DNA of 64,000 bases from Macrostomum hystrix. Its lineage: Eukaryota; Animalia; Platyhelminthes. This document shows positions 38,222 through 50,900 of this stretch, in pieces. Under the pieces are notes generated by a model, which saw only the letters and a list, made by a program, of their open reading frames with translations, did no database searches and was not told the DNA's origin. Every line of letters starts with the position of its first letter. Position 1 is the first letter of the stretch. Where the stretch lies: positions 434,001 through 498,000 of the forward strand of contig CATNEN010000025.1 in assembly GCA_950097015.1 (NCBI GenBank). Reading direction: 5' to 3'. The translations under genes and the position numbers were made by a program.

Positions 38222-38310
38222 CGATCAGGTCCAAATGAACGATGGGATCCTCAAGAAACGTGTTGTACCACTTAGTGAGTATTTCATACTCGGGATCCTG
38301 CATCAGGCCT
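38222..38310 (-). CDS. dnk: Deoxynucleoside kinase, internal exon
   Basis: GCAG| (R)GLMQDPEYEILTKWYNTFLEDPIVHLDLI |GTGAGC; phase 2 to phase 1; preceded by an 80-nt intron. Confidence 0.87.
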
Positions 38311-38390
38311 CTGCGTATCGCGTACAAATGGTTTGTGGGATATTGGGAATACTCCGGTTAACAAGTCCCAACCAAACAAGCCAAACTGAC

Positions 38391-38719
38391 CTCCGATGCA
38401 GGCTCTCCACAAACACTTCAACGCACGAGTGCAGCGATCGCTCCATTAGGCAGAAGCCGCCGCTAGAACCAGAAACGGAATGACCATCGATCATAGTGAG
38501 CATGACGTAAGACTGGAACATGGCTGACCAACGCTGTGGATTATCGTACATCATCTGCAATAGGTTGCAGCCGCAATAATTGGTCCATCTGTTCACCGGT
38601 TCGTCCACAATGCGATAGGAACGCATCGGTGAGCCTGGCGCCGATTCAAATAGCCAGCTGCGTCTCAGGCTATTCACTAGTGAGGTCTTGCCGCTGCCAA
38701 TGTTGCCCTCGATGCAGGC
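38391..38719 (-). CDS. dnk: Deoxynucleoside kinase, P-loop exon (start exon not located)
   Basis: TTAG| ACIEGNIGSGKTS..VDEPVNRW..LLQMMYDNPQRWSAMFQSYVMLTM..LMERSLHS |GTCAGT. Confidence 0.92.
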
Positions 38720-38909
38720 CTAAGCGCGAGCCCGTTATGAGTCAAGAATATATTGAGCAGCAATACAACACGCCGAAGAGATATTTATCACGAATAAGGG
38801 AAGAGTGAAGCCAGATACTTTAACAGCTGTAGCGACACTGGCGCGCTGACAGCTGCACGCTTGCTGTCAATCGCTAATTAAAAAGCTCTGTCGACCTACA
38901 ACCAATCCT

Positions 38910-40130
38910 TGCCTATCCACTGTCTATCCCTGATTAACTAGCTGTCTATCCACTGTCTATCCCTGATTAACTAGCTGTCTATCCACTGTCTATCCCTGAT
39001 ACACTAGCTGTCTATCCACTGTCTATCCCTGATACACTAGCTGTCTATCCACTGTCTATCCCTGATACACTAGCTGTCTATCCACTGTCTATCCCTGATA
39101 CACTAACTGTCTATCCACTGTCTATCCCTGATACACTAGCTGTCTATCCACTGTCTATCCCTGATACACTAGCTGTCTATCCACTGTCTATCCCTGATAC
39201 ACTAACTGTCTATCCACTGTCTATCCCTGATACACTAGCTGTCTATTCACTGCCTAGCACTGATTGTGGTATGAATCTGTCTATCCCTGATACACTAGAT
39301 GTCTATTCACTGTCTATCCTAATAGATGTCTATTCACTGTCTATCCTAACTGCCTATCTAGGCTAGCAAATCTCAGGCTAGCGAAACTCAGGCTAGCAAA
39401 ACTTATTCCTGCAAAACTCAGGCTAGCAAAACTTATTCCTGCAAAACTCAGGCTAGCAAAACTTATTCCTGCAAAACTCAGGCTAGCAAAACTTATTCCT
39501 GCAAAACTCAGGCTAGCAAAACTTATTCCTGCAAAACTCAGGCTAGCAAAACTTATTCCTGCAAAACTCAGGCTAGCAAAACTTATTCCTGCAAAACTCA
39601 GGCTAGCAAAACTTATTCCTGCAAAACTCAGGCTAGCAAAACTTATTCCTGCAAAACTCAGGCTAGCGAAACTCAGGCTAGCAAAACTTATTCCTGCAAA
39701 ACTCAGGCTAGCGAAACTCAGGCTAGCGAAACTCAGGCTAGCGAAACTCAGGCTAGCAAAACGTATTCTAGCAAATCTCAGGCTAGCAAAACTTATTCCT
39801 GCAAAACTCAGGCTAGCGAAACTCAGGCTAGCGAAACTCAGGCTAGCAAAACTCAGGCTAGCGAAACTCAGGCTAGCGAAACTCAGGCTAGCGAAAATCA
39901 GGAGAGCGAAACTCAGGCTAGCAAAACTCAGGCTAGAAAAACTAGCAAATCTCAGGCTAGCAGTACTCAGGCTAGCGAAACTCAGGCTAGCAAAACTTAT
40001 TCTAGCAAAACTCAGGCTAGCGAAACTCAGGCTAGCGAAAATCAGGAGAGCGAAACTCAGGCTAGCAAAACTTATTCTAGAAAAACTAATGCTAGCAAAC
40101 ATTATTCTAGTAGAACAAAGGCTAGCTAAC
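38910..40130. repeat. Two abutting minisatellites (33-bp; 15/30-bp)
   Basis: CACTGTCTATCCCTGATACACTAGCTGTCTATC to ~39350, then AAACTCAGGCTAGC(G/A) and AAACTTATTCCTGCA. Confidence 0.94.
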
Positions 40131-41001
40131 ATAATACTCATCTAGCTAACTAGCTAACACAATAGTAGCATAACTCAAGCTATTGAAAGTTATAACTTGC
40201 AACTCAAAAGCATCAAACTTAGTAAACAAAATGAATGCAAGCTGAACTAGATAGGCTTAGGAAATTACATAGCTAGGCAATTCTGACCTTGCTGATCTAT
40301 AGCTAAATCAAGCATTTAACTATTAACAATTAAGATCCATCAATGTCAATAAAATATGCAAAAATAACAGATATAGCTAAACTTACAGTGAATCCTGTAT
40401 GATAGAGTTTCTTGTTGAATGCTATCATATATCCATGTAGAAATGTTTTTCTTTGGTAGGCATAAAAGCCTTTAAAAAATAGGCTTAATGCCTGAAAGTT
40501 ATTGTAATTGTGTTGCAAAGATATCAACCATATAATAGTGAAAAAAGCATAAGACTTGCAGCAAAGTTTACTTATTTAATTAAGTAAATAGATAGCAATA
40601 TAAATATTCTATATACACTATGTTGCTAATAGTTATTTTACTTACCATATGTATACTATATATATTGTCAAGACTCATACACTGAATGAGCTGAAAGTAA
40701 TAAACTAAAAAATAATACAAACTTAACCCATAAATAAAGTGACTTAAAAAATGAAGCTTAAAAATTAAATTGAACTAATAAGATAGTGAGAACTGAAAAG
40801 TCTGAAGCCAACTAAATAACTGACTACTTTAGTTTAGTTATTCCTATAGTTTCAAAATACAATACATTAGCGATTATTGTAACTGTTAAGTATTATCGTG
40901 AAGTTACACATTACTGTAAAAACTAAATAAGTAATATTGTTTTTATTTGTCACCTAAAAACACTTTGGACTAAAAAACGATCCAGATTTGTCATGCTTTA
41001 A

Positions 41002-41073
41002 CAGTAGAACTACAAAGGGGGAATCCCCCTCCTTGATAAAAACTGGCGGCAAAATGGCTCGGTAGTCCTACTG
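41002..41073 (+). mobile_element. 72-bp MITE, TTAA-flanked; deletion derivative of 47349-48009
   Basis: TTAA|CAGTAGAACTAC..GGGGGAATCCCCC..GTAGTCCTACTG|TTAA. Confidence 0.75.
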
Positions 41074-41941
41074 TTAAAACACTGCAAGAATATGAACTTT
41101 TATAGACTAAAATACTTAAAGTAAGCCCTATTTATGTAAATATTTGCAGGCGTGTGCAATACGTTTACTACCCATTGTGCAATCGTTATTTTAAAAGTCA
41201 TCGCGAAGTCCATGAATTGGCAAATAAAACAAAAAATATAATTTTTTTATCAGTCTATTTATATACTTGGTAATCCAGAACGTTTAAAGTTTTTCTTTAT
41301 TTAAAATATACCCCAAAATAGCCTTTTGTATTTTTCGTTGCAGTCTACTGATGACTAATATTGCATGAATTGCAATTTACTATTATTACTTTTCTAACTT
41401 AGACTGCGCAATGCGCATATTTTTACAGAAAGTTCTGGTTAGTTCAGTGTATAAGAGCAATTAAAATAGCTGAGAAGGGCTAATATAGTAACACTAACAT
41501 TACTAAATTACGTACCTAACATAATAATAATCCAAATAGAAATAATAAATATAATGATAATAAAAATAAAATTAATTGAAACATTAATATGAAATATAAT
41601 ATACTGTTAAGTAATTTTAAGTATATTATATTAATTGAAATATATTAATGTTATTTGCGATCTTTGATGAGTGCATGAGTGCATATCTGAGTGGAATTCG
41701 ACCATAGACAACAGCAGTGGCGGGCTGCCGTTATAGTTTCAACCTCGTTTCAACACGCGTAGGCTAACTACAATATATTGACGCATGTGCTCGAATTGCA
41801 GCCAAAAAGGCATCTATACACTACATGAACGAGTATATCCAAGAGCCTCACGCAGGCAAATTACGCTAGTATTATTAGATCAGTCAAACAAAGGTCACAA
41901 CAGATACCCTATTACACAACGGACGATTGTTGAGACCAACC

Positions 41942-42358
41942 ATGGACAGGCTGCTGGATTCCTACGACGTCATAGTGGTGGGCACTGGCATCACGGAGGC
42001 CATGCTGTCTTCCGCGTTGGGCCGTGTGCGCAGCAGCGTTCTTCACCTCGACGCCAATAGTTATTACGGCGATATATGGGCAACAAAATCACTGACAGAT
42101 TTCGTGCTTTGGCTGTCTCGTCCGGTGTCAGAGGAACAACATCAGCATCAACAGATCCAGCTGCCTGACCTGTGGCAGCAGCCAGTCGGTTTATTTCTGG
42201 CTGCGGCAACTACTACGGGTGGCAGTTCGCGTACCGTCGGCGCCTTGACCACAGTCCGGCTGCCACAGGCAGATTCAAGCGTAGCCAACCGGGACTGGTT
42301 CTGGGCGCCGCGGCTGCAAGAGGAAATGGAAGCCAACCGGGAGAATTCGCTGCAGAGA
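41942..42358 (+). CDS. CHM: Rab escort protein (REP/choroideremia, GDI superfamily), exon 1
   Basis: MDRLLDSYDVIVVGTGITEAMLSSALGR..VLHLDANSYYGDIWA followed by a REP-type insertion; donor AGA|GTGAGT, phase 0. Confidence 0.87.
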
Positions 42359-42984
42359 GTGAGTATAAGCCTCTAATAACTGCCAGTTATGAAGTCTATC
42401 GCCTTACCAAGTAAGCTTCAATGAGTGTCTTGCCAATTATGAACGGCAAGTCCAAGGACTATTAAGAAGATGCGTTACTTTAGTCGTCCTTAGATTTACC
42501 TTGCTTATGTGTCTCATGATCATGATGAATTTATTGAGTATACAGTTGAATGGCGCGACATTTTTTTGTTTTGTGACAGGCGTTTGTTTGATTGGTCACG
42601 GAGTGTTGACTTGTGGCCGCTTGTGAAACATTGTGATTGGCTTAAAGATAAGACCACTCATTTCTCGACACAAACCCATAGGCAAGCGCTTGACTGTCTG
42701 CAGCCAATCAAATTTCATAGTCTGATAGTGAGTCATTGTCGTGTACTGGGTGGGATACCCTAGCGCCATTGTAAAACCTCTGTTTTCCATTCTGCCTTTA
42801 CAATTGAATAGAAAAACCTCATTTTCTCTGTGCTTTTAAAGTTAAAATTCTGAAAATTGTGATTTCGATCATTCCGATCGTTCTAGTCGTTAGATTGGTA
42901 AACAAATTAAATTGAGTAAAACTAGGTATAAAGTGCCACCTAGACTACTTGCAGTAAAATACTAAAGAGATAATAGAAATTACA

Positions 42985-43135
42985 CTTTTGGGACAGATGC
43001 ACAGCCGCACAGCCGCGCTATTCCGCGGCGCTTTCAAAGGCATTAGGTACTCGAGTGTCTTGCCGAGATTTGAGCTCCCGACCTTTCGGTCAAAAGTCAA
43101 AATCTTTATTCACTGGCTCCTGGCAGTAAGGCGCG
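42985..43135 (-). mobile_element. Internally deleted family-B SINE
   Basis: tRNA-like head, GCAAGACAC, and 3' motif GCGCCGCG..TAGC.GCGGCTGTGC shared with 52515-52545 and 7258-7295. Confidence 0.5.
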
Positions 43136-43890
43136 AGTATCTTAACATAACAAAAATCAAATCGTTTGTTATGTTGATACATGCCGTAAAAGCATTGACT
43201 AATTTAAAACATCCTAGCACTAGCAAAATAACCATTGTCACAAAGTGACAGCCACCAAGAAATACAACAAATAAACAAATACTACTCCTAGAATCTATGC
43301 ATTTTATATCAAGGAACAATATCATTCTACTTCGTAATTGTTATGATCCAGGACATTGCAGACTGCGGATTGCAAACTTCCCTGTTCCCTAGAGCTTTAA
43401 TTCAAGCAAACTATTGCTCTGCTTATGGTCAGGCAAACTGGTTTCTATAGATTCAGAACTCCATGGGACAGGGCACTCGTGAGCTAAATTAGCTGTTTGC
43501 TTGCGATTTGTTCACTGCATTGAGGTTATACACAGTTGTTTATACACACGTTAGCAGCTGAGTAGCGGAATGTGCATGCCTTCTTTTGCTCTTATTTAAG
43601 CCTTGTTTTGACTCACTGGACTGGGTGGTTGCCAGTTAGTATAGGGGCATTCTTTACAGCTTGAATAATATAAATTGTCAAAGTGGACCCCTTTTTACGC
43701 TATTCATATGAGAGCAACAACATTAATGTGATACTATACAGAAAACAATGTTTTCCTGGCTGTGTTGTACTTTTAAACATTCTGAAATCATACCGTTTTT
43801 TCCTCCTGTGATTTTCCTACTGTGATTTTTTTCTGATTTTTAAGGAAACCAATTGCGACAAATCAAAATCACTAAATTTTAGCTGCTGGT

Positions 43891-44113
43891 AGGGTTGTAT
43901 GAAATTCACTAGCGCTTATGGGAAAAATCCGACCTTTGGCCAGAATCATTGAATATTTCGACGGTCTGAAGAGCTGGCGACTTGATTCTTTGTTTCAGAA
44001 GATGCGCAACAAAAAGTTGGCCCGTGTCCTTGAGTTTCGTGGCTTGCGTTGCTCCGTTCGGGTGCAGCTAAAATTATCAGGGGGAAATCCCCCACATCGT
44101 AGTACTACTACTG
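43891..44113 (-). mobile_element. Truncated left end of the TTAA-flanked TIR element
   Basis: Reverse complement of ~47349-47563. Confidence 0.8.
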
Positions 44114-44247
44114 TTAGTTGGAGAAATTCAGTGAGAGAAGTCGACTGAAATATATTGTAAGCTAAAAACAAAGCAGTGGTTGAAGCTGTCTTGAATCGAT
44201 GGGTACAAAACTTCAAAATGTTGCCGCCACAATTCTGACCCTGCCAG

Positions 44248-45600
44248 GAGCAGGCCAAGCCGGATATCCGGGGCGACCGGCCGTCGCGCATCAGCCTGCA
44301 GCAGCTGGTTAACCAGAATCGCCGCTTTAACTTGGACATCACGCCGCGCCTGACTTTCACTGGCAGCAGCCTCATGAACCTGCTGCACCGCACTGGTTTG
44401 GGCTTCTACTCAGATATTCAGCGCGTTGGACGGTGCCTGCACCTCAGGCAGAGGGGGCACCTGATTAACCTGCCTATAGAGCCCTCCGGCATCGAATCCT
44501 GGCCCCGTCTAGCCGAGAGCGAGAGGCAGGCTCTGTGCGCCTTTCTGCAGCGCTGTCGCTACTTTCCAGTGGTTGCGCCTGGCGTCACTGGAACAGCGCA
44601 GGAGCAGCCTTTACTGCATCCAGGAGAGGAGCGAACGCCGCAAACGCTGGATGAGCTGCTGGAGCAGTCCGGTATCACAAGTGAGCTGGCTAAAGCGCTG
44701 GTCATAGATTCCTACGCCATGTGCCAGCCGACAGAGGACGCATTGGAGGGCGTTCGGCGAATTCAGCGGTACCTGAGCTCTCTACCTGAGGAGCCAGACT
44801 CCCAGCTGGGCCCTCTCGCCTGGGTACATTACGGCAGCAACGAAATCACGGAGGTTTTCTGTCGCCACTCTGCCGTCTGGGGCGCCACCTTCGTGCTGCG
44901 TCGCGGCATCGAATCAGTCAGCGTTGAGGACAATCGCGTCACTAGCGTGACACTGAGCGGCGGCAGCAGGGAGCGAGTCGGCATGCGCCACCTTGTGCTG
45001 AACGCGCGCTACGCACCGCACCATTGGCTAGACGTCGCCAGAGTCCGCCAGGTGGCGCGCGCAGTGTTTGTCACCGATGCGCCGTTGCGTGCAGAAGTTG
45101 TTCAACCATTGGATGCCGAATTAAATCGCGGCACCGGTATTACACATTTTTTACATCGGATCGAGGGCTATCGAAAGTTGGCGCACATAATTGAACTATC
45201 AACCATCACGAAAGCTTGCCCTGCTGACACGTGGGTTGTACACATGACATTGCCACTTTCGGCTGAAGACGCGAGTTCGAGTCCTCGCCAGGCCTTTAGC
45301 AACCTTGTTGCGGCACTATTCGCCACCGATGAGGACGACACGTCCCGGCCCCACGCGCTTCTGTCAGCCTTCTTTACCTTGAAGGACTACAGCGAGGCGG
45401 TGAAGCTGAGGCTGCCGAGCCTGCCGGAGAATGTCCACCTCGTGCCCGGCACGGATTCCGACCTCGACTTCGATGGCAACGTTCGCTGCGCTGACGAAGC
45501 GTTTCGCCGGATATGTCCCGGACGACAGTTTTTGTCGGTGGCGCCCCCGCACTCGATGTCCGATAGTCCAATCAGCACGGCCCACGCGGCCCACCAGTGA
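44248..45600 (+). CDS. CHM: Rab escort protein, exon 2
   Basis: GCCAG|GAG phase 0; NRRFNLDITPRL..YGSNEITEVFCRHSAVWGATFVLR..VARAVFVTD..IELSTITKACP..DLDFDGNVRCADEAFRRICPGRQFL. Confidence 0.9.
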   Translation, partial: EQAKPDIRGDRPSRISLQQLVNQNRRFNLDITPRLTFTGSSLMNLLHRTGLGFYSDIQRVGRCLHLRQRGHLINLPIEPSGIESWPRLAESERQALCAFLQRCRYFPVVAPGVTGTAQEQPLLHPGEERTPQTLDELLEQSGITSELAKALVIDSYAMCQPTEDALEGVRRIQRYLSSLPEEPDSQLGPLAWVHYGSNEITEVFCRHSAVWGATFVLRRGIESVSVEDNRVTSVTLSGGSRERVGMRHLVLNARYAPHHWLDVARVRQVARAVFVTDAPLRAEVVQPLDAELNRGTGITHFLHRIEGYRKLAHIIELSTITKACPADTWVVHMTLPLSAEDASSSPRQAFSNLVAALFATDEDDTSRPHALLSAFFTLKDYSEAVKLRLPSLPENVHLVPGTDSDLDFDGNVRCADEAFRRICPGRQFLSVAPPHSMSDSPISTAHAAHQ

Positions 45601-45719
45601 CTTGGGAGAAACCGCAGCTTTTCTCCGTCGCTTATTCAATTGTCACTTTCGACATGGCAGCTCCTGTCAAGCCCATGAAAATAAAATGAGAAAATGTAAA
45701 ACGGAAGCGAGATTTAGTG

Positions 45720-45823
45720 CTACATTCCTTTGATTTCGGTTGCATTAAGCAAAGTGAAACTATTATTACTTTTTTTCAATTTGACCTGGGCATCGGTAGC
45801 GATGTCGAAATAATTTTCGCATG
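45720..45823 (-). CDS. Candidate unknown gene, last exon
   Basis: Follows a 39-nt GT..GCTAAT..CAG intron; (A)CENYFDIATDAQVKL..KGM*. Confidence 0.45.
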
Positions 45824-45862
45824 CTGTTGCAATTAGCGATTAGCTTTGACTACACAATGTAC

Positions 45863-45919
45863 CATCAAATATGTACATGCAGTCTTCAATTGTAGAGGGA
45901 CGCTTGCCTTCAAGAAAGG
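45863..45919 (-). CDS. Candidate unknown gene, internal 57-nt exon
   Basis: TTAG| (A)FLEGKRPSTIEDCMYIFD |GT, phase 1 at both ends. Confidence 0.5.
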
Positions 45920-46679
45920 CTAAGTTGTATCAGTAATTAGAGCATCCGTAAGACTGGCGAGCAGACTACTTGTACATTGTGTTGTCTAATTTGAAATGGT
46001 AACTGAGGCGATGTAGCATCTGTTTATTTCGCTATTGTGAGATGTATACTCGTATGACAGCCGCGAAAACAGATTTTGAGAGTTACTTAGATTAGCTAGT
46101 CCTGTCAAGTTAGTGAGAGAATTTCATTGCTCACGGTTGCAAACATAATTCTAATATAAGATCACGGATCGTTCGGTACAATATTACAATAGTATTATTA
46201 AAGTGCATGCAAATAAAAACTATGGATATGCAGACTGCAGTTTTTAGCGATTGTCAGTCAGATAACAAGACATTGTTGTTAGCAATTGAGTTATATAATA
46301 GAAAGGATCCTAAACCAACTCAATAGTGAACTCAAATTGCAGTCACCAGGCTCGTCAACAGCTGGTTAAGATCTGAAAGAAATTGTTGAAATGTAATTCC
46401 ATAATAACGCAAATGCCACTAAATAATTTGATAACGTGTAATCGAATAATTAGAAATCAGATTATACGAAATCGAATAGTCATATAATTGACTGTTAATT
46501 CTTTTCGTTATAATTATAAATATATGGTTATGATTATGATAATGATTGTACTTATATAATAAATATACTTAATATATGGCTATATAACAGTTATATATAA
46601 AGTTATATAAGTGAAATCGGACAATTAGCAATCGGATAACTTGAAATATAATGTACAGGTGGACTGACTGTACGCTGAC

Positions 46680-46997
46680 CTTTCAGTTTCTCGTAGATCA
46701 CGTGAGACACACAGTCGACCACCTCCCATCTGTCACTGCAGGCGAGTTTCCGCCCGCAGCCGGTAGTTTTCGGGCAGGTAGCCAGGCAGCTGCCGTCGTG
46801 CAGGTGTACCAACTCGCCAGCCGGATAGTCCGGCAGCTGTGGCACCCTGGCGCAGCCAATCAGAAGCAGGCAGTCAACTGGTTTCCGTGGCGTGGACCTG
46901 CCAGCTCTGTTTATAAGCTGCAGTTTCCGCAGACTGACGCAGTCTAGTTCGCAGTATCGGTCCAGTCGCTCCAGTCGGTAATCCTGCTTTAGGCACA
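46680..46997 (-). CDS. Candidate unknown gene, Cys-containing exon
   Basis: GC-rich open frame with TTTTAG| acceptor and AAAG|GTCAGC donor: CLKQDYRLERLDRYCELDC..VDCVSHVIYEKLK. Confidence 0.6.
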
Positions 46998-47348
46998 CTA
47001 AAATTTGACGCTTTAACCTGGCAGCCTGATTGACATCTTCGACGAAAGCTCACGGCAATGCTTTGGCCCGAATTCCGAATATTTTCTATGGTCTTATGGG
47101 GTGTAGCTGGCTTTGTTAGACAGTCATACCAGACCCGCTGTTATAACGATTGCGTGAGTATTTTTGGCCAAGCGAGTGCGCAGCATTCATGATTTTACAA
47201 GCTAACCTGGATAAAATGGAGTGCGACCCACAATGTGCACGTACAGATCGAAGTAGAATTTGTCTAAGAAGATTTTTTTTTCTTTTTGCTGCTGCTGCAC
47301 TGCTGTCTACAGGTGCAAAATAATAAATATATAAAGCAAAGAAATTAA

Positions 47349-48009
47349 GTAGAACTACCAAGGGGGATTCCCCCCTGACAATGTTTGCTGCATCCGAATG
47401 GAGCAATGCAAGCACACGAAACTCAAGGACACGGGCCAACTTTTTGTTGCGCATCTTTGGAAACAAGAATCAAGTCGCCAGCTCTTCAGACCGTCGAGAT
47501 ATTCAATGATTCTGGCCAAAGGTCGGATTTTTCCCATAAGCGCTAGTGTATTTCATACAACCCTATAAACACGAGTTAGCACTGCGCCTCAGTGCGGCCT
47601 TGCCAGGCCTTCAAAATTCATCAGCATGTCACCCGAATGTGTATGCATCATCTCCGTCTTCGGTGATCACATACCTTTATCTAGACAGATTTGCTGGACC
47701 TTCAAGGGCTACAACAGGTGAAACTAGGCTACAATGCATACCCTCCTATAGTGGCGCGAATTTCTCCAATTTCACTGATCAAGCCTGAAAATGAGGAGCA
47801 CATGAATAATGAGAACACCTGAGAATGAGGAGCACATGAGTACTATGAGTAGGCGTAGCTTAACCACAGTACACCATCGCATTGTCTGTCAACCAATCAG
47901 TCACCACTCACCGCTGTTAGCATTCAGGCGCTGCTAAAAAATGTACAGTCCCCTTGGTATAAAAACGGGTGGCAAAACGGCTAGGTAGTCCTACTGTGTA
48001 GTCCTACTG
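47349..48009 (+). mobile_element. ~661-bp non-autonomous TIR element, TTAA-flanked
   Basis: TTAA|GTAGAACTACCAAGGGGGATTCCCCC .. GTAGTCCTACTG|TTAA; both ends match the 72-bp MITE. Confidence 0.72.
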
Positions 48010-48644
48010 TTAACAGTTTGCGACGCGCACTAGAAAAATAGAGAGAAGGATGTCATAGAGTGGAGAACGCATATCTCAGACGGAGGCCCTAGTTCACTGT
48101 GTAACCAGGAGACTCACTGTGTCTACCTGCCAACTGCAGCATATACAGCCTAAAATGTCGGATAGCTAAGCGATAAGGTTTTATTTAGCGAATCTTAGAA
48201 CACGCGGACAGCCATACGGACATGAGCAAACACGAGCGACTATTTATTTTTAGATTCTAAAATGCTGCCAGGATTTTTCACGCCTTGTGCTACCATTCGC
48301 TTCTACCTAGCTAGTATACTCGTATACTATATAAAAGTACATTTTTTCTAAGCTGTCGCATTCTTATCTTTTCTGCCTGCAGCACTTAATTCTGCAAAGA
48401 TGCCACACAGGTGGAACCCCTCGATTTCTTATCAGTCAGCCTTTTTCATTGAAGTTCTACTTCAGGAACTTTTCGCGGCTTGTTTTGCACTTATGCTGAA
48501 CTATCAGTTGGCTGGGTAGTAACTGGCGGACTGGTGTGTACCTTTCCTTTATTTATCTAGTCTTTTGAGTCCATTGGGCTGACAGAAATACTGCTTCACT
48601 TTCTTAGCCAGAAGAATAGTGCTCAGTTAATATTCAAACTTCTT

Positions 48645-49355
48645 ATTCTCAGGTGTTCTCATCAATCATGAGCTCCTCATTCTCAGGTGTTCTCATCAAT
48701 CATGAGCTCCTCATTCTCAGGTGTTCTCATCAATCATGAGCTCCTTATTCTCAGGTGTTCTTATTAATCATGTGCTCCTCATTCTCAGGTGTTCTCATCA
48801 ATCATGTGCTCCTTATTCTCAGGTGTTCTTATTAATCATGTGCTCCTCATTCTCAGGTGTTCTCATCAATCATGAGCTCCTCATTCTCAGGTGTTCTCAT
48901 CAATCATGAGCTCCTCATTCTCAGGTGTTCTCATCAATCATGAGCTCCTCATTCTCAGGTGTTCTCATCAATCATGTGCTCCTCATTCTCAGGTGTTCTC
49001 ATTAATCATGTGCTCCTCATTCTCAGGTGTTCTCATCAATCATGAGCTCCTTATTCTCAGGTGTTCTTATTAATCATGAGCTCCTCATTCTCATGTGTTC
49101 TCATTAATCATGTGCTCCTTATTCTCAGGTGTTCTTATTAATCATGTGCTCCTCATTCTCAGGTGTTCTCATTAATCATGTGCTCCTCATTCTCAGGTGT
49201 TCTCATCAATCATGTGCTCCTCATTCTCAGGTGTTCTTATTAATCATGTGCTCCTCATTCTCAGGTGTTCTCATTAATCATGTGCTCCTCATTCTCAGGT
49301 GTTCTCATTAATCATGTGCTCCTCATGCTCAGGTGTTCTCATCAATCATGAACTC
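48645..49355. repeat. 34-bp minisatellite, ~20 copies
   Basis: Unit TCTCAGGTGTTCTCATCAATCATGAGCTCCTCAT. Confidence 0.96.
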
Positions 49356-49909
49356 CTGTTAGTTGCCATGGGTACAGATCAATAACCATAGAGTTTGGAT
49401 ATTTTAGTTCAAACGCACTATTAATAGACGGAATGAAACAAACAATAAGCATAAGCTTATATATATATATAATTATTTCAAACTTATATTTACAATTATT
49501 CTCGAGTTCAATACTTCAATCGATGTTGAGAAGATGCTATAATGATCGGCACAGCTGGCAGGAGCCATCTTAGCCTCGTTGGAGAAGCAATGTCTACAGC
49601 ACAGAACAATTTCAGCTATACTGACAGGAAGCAGTGGAATGATGCGAAGCAAATTAGAATGTAGCAAGGCGTCAAACTAAATATGTTGTGCGTGTGTGCG
49701 CATTCATATACACGCCGTGATAATATGCGAAATCTGCATTGAAAGCCAAACAATGACTGGCCTAATAGATTTATGGCCTAATAGGCCGTGCAGAACGTTT
49801 TTTTGGCTGGATTCCGGAATTTAAAATAGGACATCCGAGGTATTCGTACCATGTCCGGCATATGCTCTTTAAACCCCCTATAGAGATTTTTTTATCTATT
49901 ATCTATGAT

Positions 49910-50900
49910 CATAGAGGGACATCTAGGATCATACAAGGACGTCTAGGATTATACAGGGACATCTAGGATCATACGGGGACATCTAGGATTATACAGGGAC
50001 ATCTAGGATCATACAAGGACGTCTAGGATTATACGGGGACATCTAGGATCATACAGGGACATACGGGGACATCTAGGATCATACAGGGACATCTAGGATC
50101 ATACAGGGACATCTAGGATCATACAGGGACATCTAGGATCATACAGGGACATCTAGGATCATACAAGGACGTCTAGGATTATACGGGGACATCTAGGATC
50201 CTACAGGGACATACGGGGACATCTAGGATCATACAGGGACATCTAGGATCATACAGGGACATCTAGGATCATACAGGGACATCTAGGATCATACAGGGAC
50301 ATCTAGGATCATACAGGGACATCTAGGATCATACAGGGACATCTAGGATCATACAGGGACATCTAGGATCATACAGGGACATCTAGGATCATACAGGGAC
50401 ATCTAGGATCATACAAGGACGTTTAGGATCATACAGGGACATCTAGGATCATACAGGGACATCTAGGATCATACAAGGACGTCTAGGATCATACAAGGAC
50501 GTCTAGGATCATACAGGGACATCTAGGATCATACAGGGACATCTAGGATCATACAGGGACATCTAGGATCATACAAGGACGTTTAGGATCATACAAGGAC
50601 GTCTAGGATCATACAGGGACATCTAGGATCATACAGGGACATCTAGGATCATACAAGGACGTCTAGGATCATACAGGGACATCTAGGATCATACAGGGAC
50701 ATCTAGGATCATACAGGGACATCTAGGATCATACAGGGACATCTAGGATCATACAGGGACATCTAGGATCACAGGGAAATCTAGGATCATACAGGGACAT
50801 CTAGAATTATACAGGGACATCTAGGATCATACAGGGACATCTAGAATTATACAGGGACATCTAGGATCATACAGGGACATCTAGAATTATACAGGGACAT
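49910..50900. repeat. 20-bp minisatellite, ~48 copies
   Basis: Unit ATACAGGGACATCTAGGATC. Confidence 0.97.

Noticed and set aside
39341-40141. 266-aa FASLS-repeat ORF
   Set aside because: Product of the 15/30-bp array; no unique coding sequence or splice context.
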